Assembly (NCBI GenBank): GCA_045628605.1
Contig: JAZQPR010000262.1
Span: forward strand, 449 to 64,448
Direction of reading: 5' to 3'
Source of the DNA: Oscillospiraceae bacterium
GTDB taxonomy: Bacteria; Bacillota; Clostridia; Oscillospirales; Ruminococcaceae
DNA length: 64,000 nucleotides
Shown here: piece by piece, positions 19,309 through 28,884 of the stretch
How positions within the stretch are numbered: position 1 is the first letter of the stretch
Layout: the number at the start of each line of letters is the position of its first letter
Notes under the pieces: model-generated
Databases searched by the model: none
What the model was told of the DNA's origin: nothing
The model's input: only the letters and a program-made list of their open reading frames with translations
Program-made: the position numbers and the translations under genes

Positions 19309-21309
19309 ATGAATAAAAAAATTAAAACTTTTTTGACTTTGGCTGCATGTGTTTCAGCATTTTCTGTTAATTATACCGGCACTGCAGAGGGATATTCTGC
19401 AGATCTGAACGGTGACAAGTACATTAACATTACAGACCTTATTCTACTTAAAAGTAAGCTTAACGGAGAATCAGCCGCTGATATTTCACAGGATATCAAC
19501 GGTGACGGAATTGTCAGTTACAAAGATGCTGTTATGCTGTCTGACTATCTGACAGGTAAAATATCAGCATTGCCTGAGAACACCGGCAATTCTTACGGTG
19601 CGAAAACAACGTCTTCAGTTACAGCCTCTGATGATGTTTGCGTGAGGGGCGACGGTACACTTGATACGGAGGAGGGCATAATTAATGTTGCAGGATATAA
19701 TGCGGCAAAGAGAAGGAACGTATATATCAAGTTTAAAGCTGATCAACTTGACACGTCTGATGTGAGGAAAGCCGAGGTTCAGCTCAGACTGGACAGAACA
19801 TCAAACGGAAACTGTGAAGTCAAGATCGCAGCCTGCAGCAGCGGGTGGAGTGAATCAGCTCCGCCGGCATATGAGTCAACTCCTGCTAATTACGGCTTAT
19901 GTGATGTAGTTGTAACCAAACATGAAAAAGACGTCGGAAGTATTATTTCTTTTGATGTTACGGATGTTGTCAGAGAAAACCCCGGCGCAGAGGAATTTAA
20001 CTTTGTGCTTTTCTGCGATCATGAAAACAATTCAGATGCAGTAAGCAACCTTGCACTGTTCAATTCCAGGGAATCTCAGAACCCGCCTGTTCTTGTTGTG
20101 GAGAGCGGAGGAGAGAGGGAAAAGGACACTTCATCGCCTGTACAGGCTGATGAAACATATGTAAGATTCGAATCACCGACAAACCATGGCAGCTTTATGA
20201 GAGTTTCTGACGGAAGACTGATGAAGTCAAGAAATGTTTCGCCTCTGTCGGATGCACGTTTTATGGAACATACCGGTTTTATGGGCAGCAATACCGTAAG
20301 TCTTGAATCTCAGAGCGAGCCGGGTTATTATCTCTGCCGAAAATCCGGCGGAAGTGAAGTTGTTCTGATGAAAAATGACGGATCTGATGAATTTAAGAAA
20401 AATGCTTCATTTATCAAAACAAAAGGTCTGGCTGATGGTACAAGCTATCAGGCATACGGACTTCCCGGAAGATATCTTTCAAATGTATATAATGAATTTT
20501 TTGTATCAAACGTCTCTTCGGATATAAAGAAAACTTATGCCTCATTCCTTGTAAGAAGTGAAAAAAATGTTATTATGGATGATGAATTTGAAGGCGGTTC
20601 ACTGAATACCGATGTCTGGGCCTACAGTTATCCATGGGCAGATCATCATAACTACAGTGCAGTTGTGAGAAAATCTCAGGTTGCAGTAAAAGACGGCAAG
20701 CTTGTTCTGACTGCGAAAAGAGTCGCTGATGATGACTGGATAAAGGATGACAAGGGAGAGACAGGGTATACTGACAATATAGGTGAAAAGAAATGGAGAA
20801 AGTATTCTCATATCACAGGTGTTGTTCATTTGCCGTTTTCAAAATATCCTCTTAACGGAAACCTGTATATGGAAGGCAGATTTAAAATGCCGGATAAAAG
20901 CGGTTTCTGGCCTGCTTTCTGGCTTAACGGAAACAACAGCTGGCCGCCTGAGATCGATATATTTGAATATCTGAGCAATACACCTGAAAAAATCTATGTC
21001 GGAATACACCGTCAGGATTCTTCAAGAGAAAACGGAGACGGGGGAGCCGGATGGTGGATAGACAGGTCTGCTTCGTTTTTCCAGCAGGAATTTCATACCT
21101 ATGCTCTTGACTGGGGCGAAACGTATATCAATTACTATATTGATGATATTCTTGTTAAGTCAATTGAGGACAAAGCTTATATTGAAAATCAGAAAAACAT
21201 GTATCTTATACTGAACCTCGGTGTCGGAGGATGGGCAGAAGAGCCGTCTGACAATGTTGGTGATGAAACGACATATGAATGTGATTATATAAGAATTTTT
21301 GGTTATTGA
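19309..21309 (+). CDS. Secreted dockerin-containing multimodular GH16 glycoside hydrolase
   Basis: Signal peptide. Type-I dockerin duplicated motif (DLNGDKYINITDL / DINGDGIVSYKDA). Two beta-sandwich-like modules. GH16 catalytic motif EIDIFE. ATG 19309 is preferred over GTG 19300 because of AGGAGA spacing. Confidence 0.88.
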   Translation: MNKKIKTFLTLAACVSAFSVNYTGTAEGYSADLNGDKYINITDLILLKSKLNGESAADISQDINGDGIVSYKDAVMLSDYLTGKISALPENTGNSYGAKTTSSVTASDDVCVRGDGTLDTEEGIINVAGYNAAKRRNVYIKFKADQLDTSDVRKAEVQLRLDRTSNGNCEVKIAACSSGWSESAPPAYESTPANYGLCDVVVTKHEKDVGSIISFDVTDVVRENPGAEEFNFVLFCDHENNSDAVSNLALFNSRESQNPPVLVVESGGEREKDTSSPVQADETYVRFESPTNHGSFMRVSDGRLMKSRNVSPLSDARFMEHTGFMGSNTVSLESQSEPGYYLCRKSGGSEVVLMKNDGSDEFKKNASFIKTKGLADGTSYQAYGLPGRYLSNVYNEFFVSNVSSDIKKTYASFLVRSEKNVIMDDEFEGGSLNTDVWAYSYPWADHHNYSAVVRKSQVAVKDGKLVLTAKRVADDDWIKDDKGETGYTDNIGEKKWRKYSHITGVVHLPFSKYPLNGNLYMEGRFKMPDKSGFWPAFWLNGNNSWPPEIDIFEYLSNTPEKIYVGIHRQDSSRENGDGGAGWWIDRSASFFQQEFHTYALDWGETYINYYIDDILVKSIEDKAYIENQKNMYLILNLGVGGWAEEPSDNVGDETTYECDYIRIFGY

Positions 21310-21343
21310 TCAAATACAGCACAGAAGATAAAAACACCATAAA

Positions 21344-21425
21344 ATAACAGCAGCCGCCTCACACTTCAGGCGGCTGCTGTTATCTGAAAAAAATAAGCTG
21401 CACTTGCGTGCAGCCATTTTTTATT
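21344..21425. terminator. Two hairpins between convergent genes
   Basis: A 15-bp perfect stem ataacagcagccgcc/ggcggctgctgttat. Then gctgcac/gtgcagc flanked by an A-run and a T-run (bidirectional terminator). Confidence 0.7.
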
Positions 21426-21451
21426 TGTTTTAAAAATCAAGTATAGCTTTA

Positions 21452-22033
21452 TCAGCCTGCATTTAAACCGTAGTTTGCACAGAGAGCAGCAAGACCGCCC
21501 TGGAAACCGCTTCCTACAGCACAGAATTTCCATTCGCCGCCGTTTCTGTAGAGTTCACCTACAACCAGAGCTGTTTCAATTGAAAAGTCTTCGCAAAGAT
21601 CATAACGGATAAGTTCTGTACCGCTTGTTTCATCTAGTATTCTGATAAATGCGTTTGAAACCTGTCCGAAGTTCTGCTTTCTTGCATCTGCGTCATAGAT
21701 TGTAACTGTAAAATCTATCTTGTCGATCTCTGCGGGAACTTTAGAAAGATCAATGATGATCTGTTCATCATCACCGTCACCGGCACCTGTAAGATTATCA
21801 CCAAGATGCTGAACTGAACCGCATGAAGACTGAAGATTTCCGTAGAAAATAAAGTTCTTTTCATTTGGTGCTTTTCCGCCTGCATCAAGCATAAATGCTG
21901 CAGCATCAAGATCGAAATCTGAACCGCCGTCATATTTGTTTGTATCCCATCCAAGACCTACGAGAACTTTTGTTAATCCCGGGTTTGATTTTGTAAGGTC
22001 AATTTTCTGACCTTTCTGTAAGCTTATTGCCAT
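21452..22033 (-). CDS. terD: TerD-family stress protein
   Basis: [46 protein letters not shown] (Ca-binding type motifs). Confidence 0.88.
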   Translation of the reverse strand: MAISLQKGQKIDLTKSNPGLTKVLVGLGWDTNKYDGGSDFDLDAAAFMLDAGGKAPNEKNFIFYGNLQSSCGSVQHLGDNLTGAGDGDDEQIIIDLSKVPAEIDKIDFTVTIYDADARKQNFGQVSNAFIRILDETSGTELIRYDLCEDFSIETALVVGELYRNGGEWKFCAVGSGFQGGLAALCANYGLNAG

Positions 22034-22157
22034 AATAATATCCTCCTGTTTTTGCTCTTAATTTATGAATACTACATAAAATGTAATTATATAGCATATA
22101 AACATTATACTATGTGTTTAACAAATTGTCAATGATATTTTTTAAATAAAGTTATTC

Positions 22158-22186
22158 TTGCATGTTCAATAAAGATGTGGTATAAT
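22158..22186 (+). promoter_or_regulatory. Sigma-A promoter with extended -10
   Basis: TTGCAT, 17 nt, TATAAT, with TGg immediately upstream of the -10. Confidence 0.55.
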
Positions 22187-22221
22187 TTTTTATGCAGATG
22201 TAATTTACAGGGAGATTTAAA

Positions 22222-23373
22222 ATGACAGAAAAACTTTATGACGCAGATGCTTATCTTAAGTCTTTTGAAGCAGTGGTTCTTTCATGTTCAGCTGCTGAAA
22301 AAAACAGTTATGCTGTTGTTCTTGACAGGACTGCTTTTTTTCCTGAAGGCGGAGGACAGAAGTCTGATACCGGAACACTTGATGATGCTGATGTTCTGGA
22401 TGTCAGAGAAAATTACGGGCAGATAATTCATTATACAAATATTCCTTTAAAAACCGGTTCTGTAGTTAAGGGAACTATATTATTTGAAGAACGTTTCCGA
22501 AAAATGCAGAATCATTCCGGAGAGCACATCGTTTCCGGACTTGTTCACAGCTTATTCGGTTTTGATAATGTCGGATTCAGACTTTCCGATGATGTGACCG
22601 TTGATATAAACGGTGTACTTTCTTCGGATGATATTGAACGTATAGAATCTCAGGCAAATAAAGCTGTATACGAAAATGTCGCTGTCAATGCCTGTTATCC
22701 TGATAAGGAAACATTGAAAAATCTTTCTTACAGAAGTAAGCTTGATCTGACAGAAAATGTCCGGATAGTAACTATAGAAGGATATGACATGTGTGCGTGC
22801 TGTGCACCTCATGTTTCACATACCGGTGAGATCGGGATCATAAAAATAATTTCTAATGAAAGATACAAGGGCGGTACCAGACTGCATATGGTATGTGGTT
22901 CTGATGCATTAAAAGATTACAGTATACGTTATGATAATACCCGAAAAACCGCTGTTATGCTGTCAGTTTCGCATGAGGATGTTTTCACAGCTGTTCAGGG
23001 ACTGAAAAATGAAATAGATTCTTTAAAATCAGAAAAGTCAGAGCTTAAGCAGCTTCTGCTCAAAGCAAAGTCTGATCTGATAATGCCGTCTGAAAAAAAT
23101 ATCTGTATTTTTGAAGAGATCGATGATGCAGGTTTTATCAGAATGCTTATAAATGAAAATCTTTCCAAATGTAAAGGGCTGTTTGCGGTTTTCACGCACA
23201 AAGAAGACGGTTATAATTATATAATTGCCAGCAGCTCTGTTGATCTTCGCACTCGTTCAAAGGAAATCAACAGCAGTCTCGGAGGACGGGGCGGAGGCAC
23301 ATCCGGAATGATCCAGGGCTGTGTTTCAGCTTCTGAAAAGATTATTTCTGATTACATCAGTAATTTTACTTAA
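22222..23373 (+). CDS. alaX: Alanyl-tRNA editing protein (AlaX-L type)
   Basis: Zn motifs HSGEHIVSG and CACCAPHV. C-terminal DHHA1-like GGRGGG. Confidence 0.85.
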   Translation: MTEKLYDADAYLKSFEAVVLSCSAAEKNSYAVVLDRTAFFPEGGGQKSDTGTLDDADVLDVRENYGQIIHYTNIPLKTGSVVKGTILFEERFRKMQNHSGEHIVSGLVHSLFGFDNVGFRLSDDVTVDINGVLSSDDIERIESQANKAVYENVAVNACYPDKETLKNLSYRSKLDLTENVRIVTIEGYDMCACCAPHVSHTGEIGIIKIISNERYKGGTRLHMVCGSDALKDYSIRYDNTRKTAVMLSVSHEDVFTAVQGLKNEIDSLKSEKSELKQLLLKAKSDLIMPSEKNICIFEEIDDAGFIRMLINENLSKCKGLFAVFTHKEDGYNYIIASSSVDLRTRSKEINSSLGGRGGGTSGMIQGCVSASEKIISDYISNFT

Positions 23374-23385
23374 TTGAGGTGTGTC

Positions 23386-24021
23386 ATGAGAAAAAGAGCT
23401 TTTCTGTTTTTTTTCATTTGTATGATCGGGCTGACCGGATGTGATATAAGTCCTATGAAAGTCAATTTCAGCTTTAATGATAATTCTGAATCAAATACTG
23501 TTGAAACTTCTTCTGCTGAAGAAGCTTATGAGATCATAAATGAATTTACAGATGAACAGATTCTTGATTCAGCAAGAAACCTTTATGTTCAGTGTCTTGA
23601 TATTTCAGAAAAATATTTATCAGGATGTGTTTATGAAGTTGACAGTACTGTATCACTGGAATCCGAAGGGGATACTTTATATGCAGTGTCGGACAGCAGA
23701 GTTTGCTCATTTGATGATATTTATTCTGAATGGCTGACAGTTTTCAATAAAAAATATTTTGATGAACAGTCGGAATTATTTTCAGATTATTCAGAAAAGG
23801 ATAATAAGGTCTGGGTCAATACCGATCCTTATGAAGGCAATACATCATATATTGATACTGTTCTGGTAAAAGTGCTGTCCAGAAAGGATAATGAAGCACA
23901 GATTCAGGCTGTATCGACTTATCAGAATGAGGATGGCAGTCTTTCGAAATCTGAGGATGTATTTTCTGTTGTTTACAGTTCAAATATATTTCGTGCGGGA
24001 CAGTTTAAAATGCCGTACTGA
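23386..24021 (+). CDS. Hypothetical lipoprotein
   Basis: Signal peptide with lipobox LTGC. ATG 23386 is preferred over the track TTG at 23374. Confidence 0.65.
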   Translation: MRKRAFLFFFICMIGLTGCDISPMKVNFSFNDNSESNTVETSSAEEAYEIINEFTDEQILDSARNLYVQCLDISEKYLSGCVYEVDSTVSLESEGDTLYAVSDSRVCSFDDIYSEWLTVFNKKYFDEQSELFSDYSEKDNKVWVNTDPYEGNTSYIDTVLVKVLSRKDNEAQIQAVSTYQNEDGSLSKSEDVFSVVYSSNIFRAGQFKMPY

Positions 24022-24057
24022 TTTATAGTATACAATTTTACGGAGAGGAAAAAATAA

Positions 24058-25011
24058 ATGAGAAAAAGAAATTTTTTAAAACATTCAATAGCATATTTGT
24101 GCTCAGCAGCAATGCTGATGCTTTCTGTTTTTATATGCAATGACCGGATATCTGCTGCTCCGGAGGGAGTTCAGCTTTCTCTTGGAAGTGTAGAAGTTGA
24201 TATCAATAATATTCCGGCTGACAAAAAGGTTCAGGTTCCTGTTTCGATTTCAGGAAATCCGGGATTTAAACAGCTTTTATTCAACATTGAAAAAGATCCG
24301 CGATTACAGTTTGCACAAGCTCCTTCACAAAATCCCTTCGAACTCAGAACAGGTATTTCTTCAATAGATTTCTTCTTTCTGACCAATGATAATTCCGTAC
24401 TGAGAGGACAGTTTAACGCTGATAATATTTACAGTGAAAACAACGTCTTTACTTCTGTCGGATTTGTTCTGCCTGATGATCTCAGTGTCGGCGATGAGTT
24501 TTCAGTATCATTCAACAGCTGCTACAGTTCAGGAAACTATTATACTTTTGGTATTGACATTAACGATGGAAACAGTATTTACCCGGATTCTTCATTTGCT
24601 GCCGGTGCTGATGCATCCATCAAAGTTGTAGATCCGACTGCCGTATCCGAGACTGTTACTGAGCAGACTGATGACAGTTATAACAGATATGTCTTTTCAG
24701 GGGATGTAAACTATGATTTTGCTCAGGATGATGAAGTGAAAGAAGCTGATGAAATTACAGTTGATGCTGCTGCTGATAGTATTGAAACATTAAATTTCAG
24801 AGAAAACCACATAGATTCTTTTGACGGCGATGAGATACTGGATAATGTGGAATCATTTGACGGTGATGCTGAATTAGTATCATGCTTTATTATAATCTGC
24901 TTCTGCGTAGTTGTTATTCTGGTAACTCTGATTATTTTCAGAATTTTTCAGTTAAAGAAAAGAAACGGAGCCGGCAGCGTTTCTGATAAAAAAACTAAAA
25001 ATAAGAAATAA
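24058..25011 (+). CDS. Cohesin-like domain protein with C-terminal membrane anchor
   Basis: Signal peptide. Beta-sandwich pattern VQVPVSISGNPGFKQLLFNIEKDP resembling cohesins. Acidic linker, TM helix, KK-rich tail. The domain call is tentative. Confidence 0.45.
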   Translation: MRKRNFLKHSIAYLCSAAMLMLSVFICNDRISAAPEGVQLSLGSVEVDINNIPADKKVQVPVSISGNPGFKQLLFNIEKDPRLQFAQAPSQNPFELRTGISSIDFFFLTNDNSVLRGQFNADNIYSENNVFTSVGFVLPDDLSVGDEFSVSFNSCYSSGNYYTFGIDINDGNSIYPDSSFAAGADASIKVVDPTAVSETVTEQTDDSYNRYVFSGDVNYDFAQDDEVKEADEITVDAAADSIETLNFRENHIDSFDGDEILDNVESFDGDAELVSCFIIICFCVVVILVTLIIFRIFQLKKRNGAGSVSDKKTKNKK

Positions 25012-25201
25012 ATATATAAGTTAAACAATATAGCTTTTTTCTATTTGTTAAGAGAAATTTTATAGTTTTATATTTTGTTTTATATTATACTTAATATAGT
25101 TTTTAGCATATACAGATGCTAAAACAAATGATTGAAGAAAATAGAAGAAGATTGATTCGAAATATTTCTGAAATATGCTTTTTAGTAAATATTTCAAAAA
25201 A

Positions 25202-25227
25202 ATGATGAAGCATAATGACTTCATCAT
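25202..25227. terminator. Terminator downstream of the AraC-family gene
   Basis: atgatgaag/cttcatcat stem flanked by A7 and T7 runs. Confidence 0.7.
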
Positions 25228-25237
25228 TTTTTTATTA

Positions 25238-26113
25238 TTATATGGTTTTGCTGTTGATCCTGAACTGTTTGGGTGTACATCCTCTGTATTTTTTAAAGCT
25301 TTTTATCATATGACTGCAGTCAGAAAAACCGGTTTCCTGACTGATATAATTCAAATCAAAATCAGTAAACAGCAAATATTCTTCAACTTTGAATATTCGC
25401 ATTATCTCTATATAGCTTTTGCAGCTCATATTGTAAAGCTGATTGAATTTTTTTGCAAAGCAGGAGTAGCTGAGCCTGCATTTTTCTGCAATGTCAGTTA
25501 CCTGTATGTTTTCACAAAGGTGAATGTCTATGTATTCAGTAATTGTGTCGATGTTGTATTCATTGTCGTCATTTAGAACATCCGAATCGATAGAGAAGTT
25601 GAGTGACAGCCAGTTTCTGACGATAAGTGTCAGCAGTTCTCTGATTTTGGAGGTTACGATCAGAGTATAACCGTATTTTCGCATTTGGCATTCGTTTATG
25701 CATGTTTTGAATATTTCTTCGCACTCCATGATCAAAGTCTGTTCCTTTGAAAACAGAACCGGCATTTTCTTTTTAAATGCACTTTTAAAAATATTTCTGA
25801 ATTTCGGAGTATAGGTTCCTGAATTGTAAGCTATTTTGTTTATATCAAATTTAAATACACTGTAAACAAGTTCTTTGTCATTTTGACCGTAGATCGAATG
25901 AACTGACTGAGGATGAATTATAAGCATTTCTTTTTCACTGACCTGATATTTTGTACCGTCTGAATATATTTCAGCGGAACCCTTTTTTACATAAATAATT
26001 TCGATAAAATAATGCCAGTGCGGTTTAACAGGAAAAGTCTCATTCTTAGTATTAAATTCGAAGCATTCAAAAGGTCTGTTCAATGAATCGCTTTGTTCAA
26101 ACAAATTATGCAT
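25238..26113 (-). CDS. AraC-family transcriptional regulator (cupin + HTH)
   Basis: N-terminal cupin (PHWHYFIEIIYV) and C-terminal AraC-type dual HTH (ISQETGFSDCSHMIKSFKKYRGCTPKQFR). Confidence 0.88.
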   Translation of the reverse strand: MHNLFEQSDSLNRPFECFEFNTKNETFPVKPHWHYFIEIIYVKKGSAEIYSDGTKYQVSEKEMLIIHPQSVHSIYGQNDKELVYSVFKFDINKIAYNSGTYTPKFRNIFKSAFKKKMPVLFSKEQTLIMECEEIFKTCINECQMRKYGYTLIVTSKIRELLTLIVRNWLSLNFSIDSDVLNDDNEYNIDTITEYIDIHLCENIQVTDIAEKCRLSYSCFAKKFNQLYNMSCKSYIEIMRIFKVEEYLLFTDFDLNYISQETGFSDCSHMIKSFKKYRGCTPKQFRINSKTI

Positions 26114-26180
26114 TTTTAATCCTCCATGAGAGATTTATACAATTAATTCACAGATATATTATATCATATTTTTTTATAAA

Positions 26181-26190
26181 ATGATATAAT
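26181..26190 (+). promoter_or_regulatory. Extended -10 element without a good -35
   Basis: aTGaTATAAT sits 33 nt before the ADH start. The -35 position reads tatcat. Confidence 0.35.
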
Positions 26191-26222
26191 AAATAAAATT
26201 TTTTGAAAGTGAGAAAACTACT

Positions 26223-27401
26223 ATGGATAATTTTAATTTCTACAGTCCGACAGAATTTGTTTTCGGTAAGAAAAGAGAATGCGATACCGGAAAGTACGTG
26301 AAAAAATTTGGCGGTTCAAAAGTTCTTGTCCATTATGGGTCAAAGTCTGCAGAAAAATCAGGTCTTCTTGATAAAGTCTGCGGTTCATTGGATGAAAACG
26401 GAATAAGATATATAAAGCTTGGCGGAGTAAAACCAAATCCAAGAGATGTACTCGTTTATGAGGGAATAGATATCTGCAGAAATGAAAAGATCGATTTTAT
26501 TCTTGCTGTGGGTGGAGGTTCAGTTATTGACAGTGCCAAGGCCATAGCTGCCGGAGTAAATTATCCGGGTGATTTCTGGGATTTTTACTGTGGAAAATCT
26601 GAAATCACATCCGCTCTTCCTGTCGGCACAGTGCTGACTATTTCAGCGGCCGGAAGCGAAGGATCAGGTGATTCGGTTATTACAAAAGAAGACGGCATGA
26701 TCAAAAGGGGAACCGGTTCAGATCATTTAAGACCTAAGTTTTCAGTTCTTGATCCTGAACTGACATTTACGCTTCCTGCTTTTCAGACTGCATGCGGTAT
26801 TACTGATATAATGGCTCATGTATATGAGAGATATCTTACCAAAACAGAAAATGTGGAAATTACAGACAGACTTTGTGAAGCTGTTCTTAAAACAATGATC
26901 ACAGAAGCTCCCAAGGTTATTTCAGATCCTGAAGATTATGAAGCAAGAGCCAATATTATGTGGGCCGGTACAGTTGCTCATACAAATGTTGTCGGAGTCG
27001 GCAGAAGTCAGGACTGGACAAGTCATATGCTTGAACATGAGCTTTCAGGACTTTATGACTGCGCTCACGGTGCAGGTCTTGCAGTTGTGATGCCTTCTTT
27101 TATGGAGTATGTATATAAAAATGATATTGACAGATTTGTCAAATCAGCAGTCAGGATCTGGAACTGTGAAATGAACTATGATCATCCTGAGATAACAGCT
27201 CTTGAAGGAATAAAAGCATTCAGAAGATTTTTGCACAGCATAGGAATGCCTGTAAACTTCAGCGAGCTTGGTGCCAAAAAGGAAGATATTCCGGCACTTA
27301 TCGAAAAGCTTGGCATTAAAGACGGAAAAATTGGTTATGCAGATCTTGATGCAGCAGGATGCAAAGCAGTATACGAAATAGCTGCCGGTGCATCATTATG
27401 A
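26223..27401 (+). CDS. Iron-containing alcohol dehydrogenase (YqhD/butanol dehydrogenase-like)
   Basis: GGGSVIDSAKAI plus a His cluster (HVYERY, HMLEHELS, AHGAGLAVV). Confidence 0.88.
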   Translation: MDNFNFYSPTEFVFGKKRECDTGKYVKKFGGSKVLVHYGSKSAEKSGLLDKVCGSLDENGIRYIKLGGVKPNPRDVLVYEGIDICRNEKIDFILAVGGGSVIDSAKAIAAGVNYPGDFWDFYCGKSEITSALPVGTVLTISAAGSEGSGDSVITKEDGMIKRGTGSDHLRPKFSVLDPELTFTLPAFQTACGITDIMAHVYERYLTKTENVEITDRLCEAVLKTMITEAPKVISDPEDYEARANIMWAGTVAHTNVVGVGRSQDWTSHMLEHELSGLYDCAHGAGLAVVMPSFMEYVYKNDIDRFVKSAVRIWNCEMNYDHPEITALEGIKAFRRFLHSIGMPVNFSELGAKKEDIPALIEKLGIKDGKIGYADLDAAGCKAVYEIAAGASL

Positions 27402-27468
27402 TCTGAATAATAGTTATTTCAGATTTTATTTTCAATTGACATTATCAAATAAGAAATTATGCAATATA

Positions 27469-27514
27469 CCAAAAGAGCAGATTCCTGAGTTATTTCAGAA
27501 ATCTGCTCTTTTGG
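27469..27514. terminator. Bidirectional terminator
   Basis: 14-bp perfect stem ccaaaagagcagat/atctgctcttttgg. Confidence 0.6.
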
Positions 27515-27543
27515 TATATACCGGCAGTCAGGGAATGATGCTC

Positions 27544-28884
27544 TTAATCTGCCTTTATTAAATTTTTGAATACATCTCCGCGTTCTTCAAAATTTTTGAA
27601 GTCATTATAGCTTGCTGCGGCAGGGGACATAACGCATGTTTTTCCCTTTGATGTTACTTTTTTTGCGATTTTTACAGCTTCGTCAAGTTTTCCTGTCAGT
27701 GAAAGTTTATTTAAAAATTTGGCGTCACTGTATTTTTCATTTATTTCTTCAAATATTCTTTTTCCGGAGTCAGACATCAAAATTATATTTGATACTGAAC
27801 AGTCTGAGAGAAATGTGATCAGTGATGAGTAATCAATGCCTCTGTCCATGCCTCCGATAATAATTGTGTCGACGTCTTTCAGACTTGTTACAGCCTGTAT
27901 GGCAGCTTCACAGATGGTTGAGATAGAGTCGTCATAATATTTGACTCCATTATATTCACCGGCATATTCAAGTCTGTGGGGAAGTGGTGAATATGAGCAT
28001 GCTGCGTTCAGTATCTGATCAAACGGAAGACCGCATGAAATATTGCATGCTGCAGCTGCAGCTGCGATATTGTAAAAATTGTGTTTCCCGACAAGTTTTA
28101 CTTCGTTTTCGGAAATGGCGTATGAATTTCCGTTATATATAAAATTTGAATTGTCTGAGAAGATATCAGCAGATCTGTCATTCTGAGAAATCGTAATTAC
28201 TTTTCCTGAGTGTTCATCGTGTGCCGGCTTTAAGTCTGAATTGCATATCAGTATGCCGTTTTCTGACTGATGTCTGTAGATATTTCTTTTTGCGTCTGCA
28301 TATTTTTCAAATGTTCCGTAATGATCAAGATGTTCTTCGAACAGATTTAAAAATAATGAAAATTCAGGAGATACGGATATGTTTTCAAGCTGATGGCAGG
28401 AAAGTTCAAAAACGATTTTTGTATCTTTTTTTATTTCATCTATGACATCAAATGAAGGAATTCCGATATTTCCTGTAAGAACGCAGTCGACTCCGCAAGT
28501 TTTTAGTATGTGGTGGATAAGTGTGGTTGTTGTACTTTTGCCTTTTGTTCCTGTGATGCCTATTATCTGAGAAGCATATTTTTCAATAAAAACGGAAGTC
28601 TGAGAAGTGATTTCGGCTTTGTATGATTCAAAAGGCTTTTCTAGAACTACTCCCGGACTTTTGAAAACTATATCATAGTTATCTATTACGCTTTGATAAT
28701 TGTCGCCTGTGATCGTTTTTACAGAATCAGGCAGATCTCCGTTTACGGGGTTTTTGTCAGCAATTGCAACAGATTTGAATCCGCCGGCTTCATTAAGTCG
28801 TCTGTATGTTGATTTTCCTTCACGTCCAAAGCCGAGGATAAGTACATTTTTGTTTTCAATATATTTCTTTAATAAATTCAGCAT
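27544..28884 (-). CDS. murD: UDP-MurNAc-L-Ala--glutamate ligase (MurD family; possible MurD2)
   Basis: GFGREGKS Rossmann and Mur ligase ATP site GITGTKGKSTTT. It is not flanked by dcw genes. Its start overlaps the upstream gene by 7 nt. Confidence 0.8.
   Translation of the reverse strand: MLNLLKKYIENKNVLILGFGREGKSTYRRLNEAGGFKSVAIADKNPVNGDLPDSVKTITGDNYQSVIDNYDIVFKSPGVVLEKPFESYKAEITSQTSVFIEKYASQIIGITGTKGKSTTTTLIHHILKTCGVDCVLTGNIGIPSFDVIDEIKKDTKIVFELSCHQLENISVSPEFSLFLNLFEEHLDHYGTFEKYADAKRNIYRHQSENGILICNSDLKPAHDEHSGKVITISQNDRSADIFSDNSNFIYNGNSYAISENEVKLVGKHNFYNIAAAAAACNISCGLPFDQILNAACSYSPLPHRLEYAGEYNGVKYYDDSISTICEAAIQAVTSLKDVDTIIIGGMDRGIDYSSLITFLSDCSVSNIILMSDSGKRIFEEINEKYSDAKFLNKLSLTGKLDEAVKIAKKVTSKGKTCVMSPAAASYNDFKNFEERGDVFKNLIKAD

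Noticed and set aside
25175-25576. A 133-aa ORF on the plus strand.
   Set aside because: It is antisense to the motif-supported AraC-family gene and overlaps its terminator. It has no RBS.
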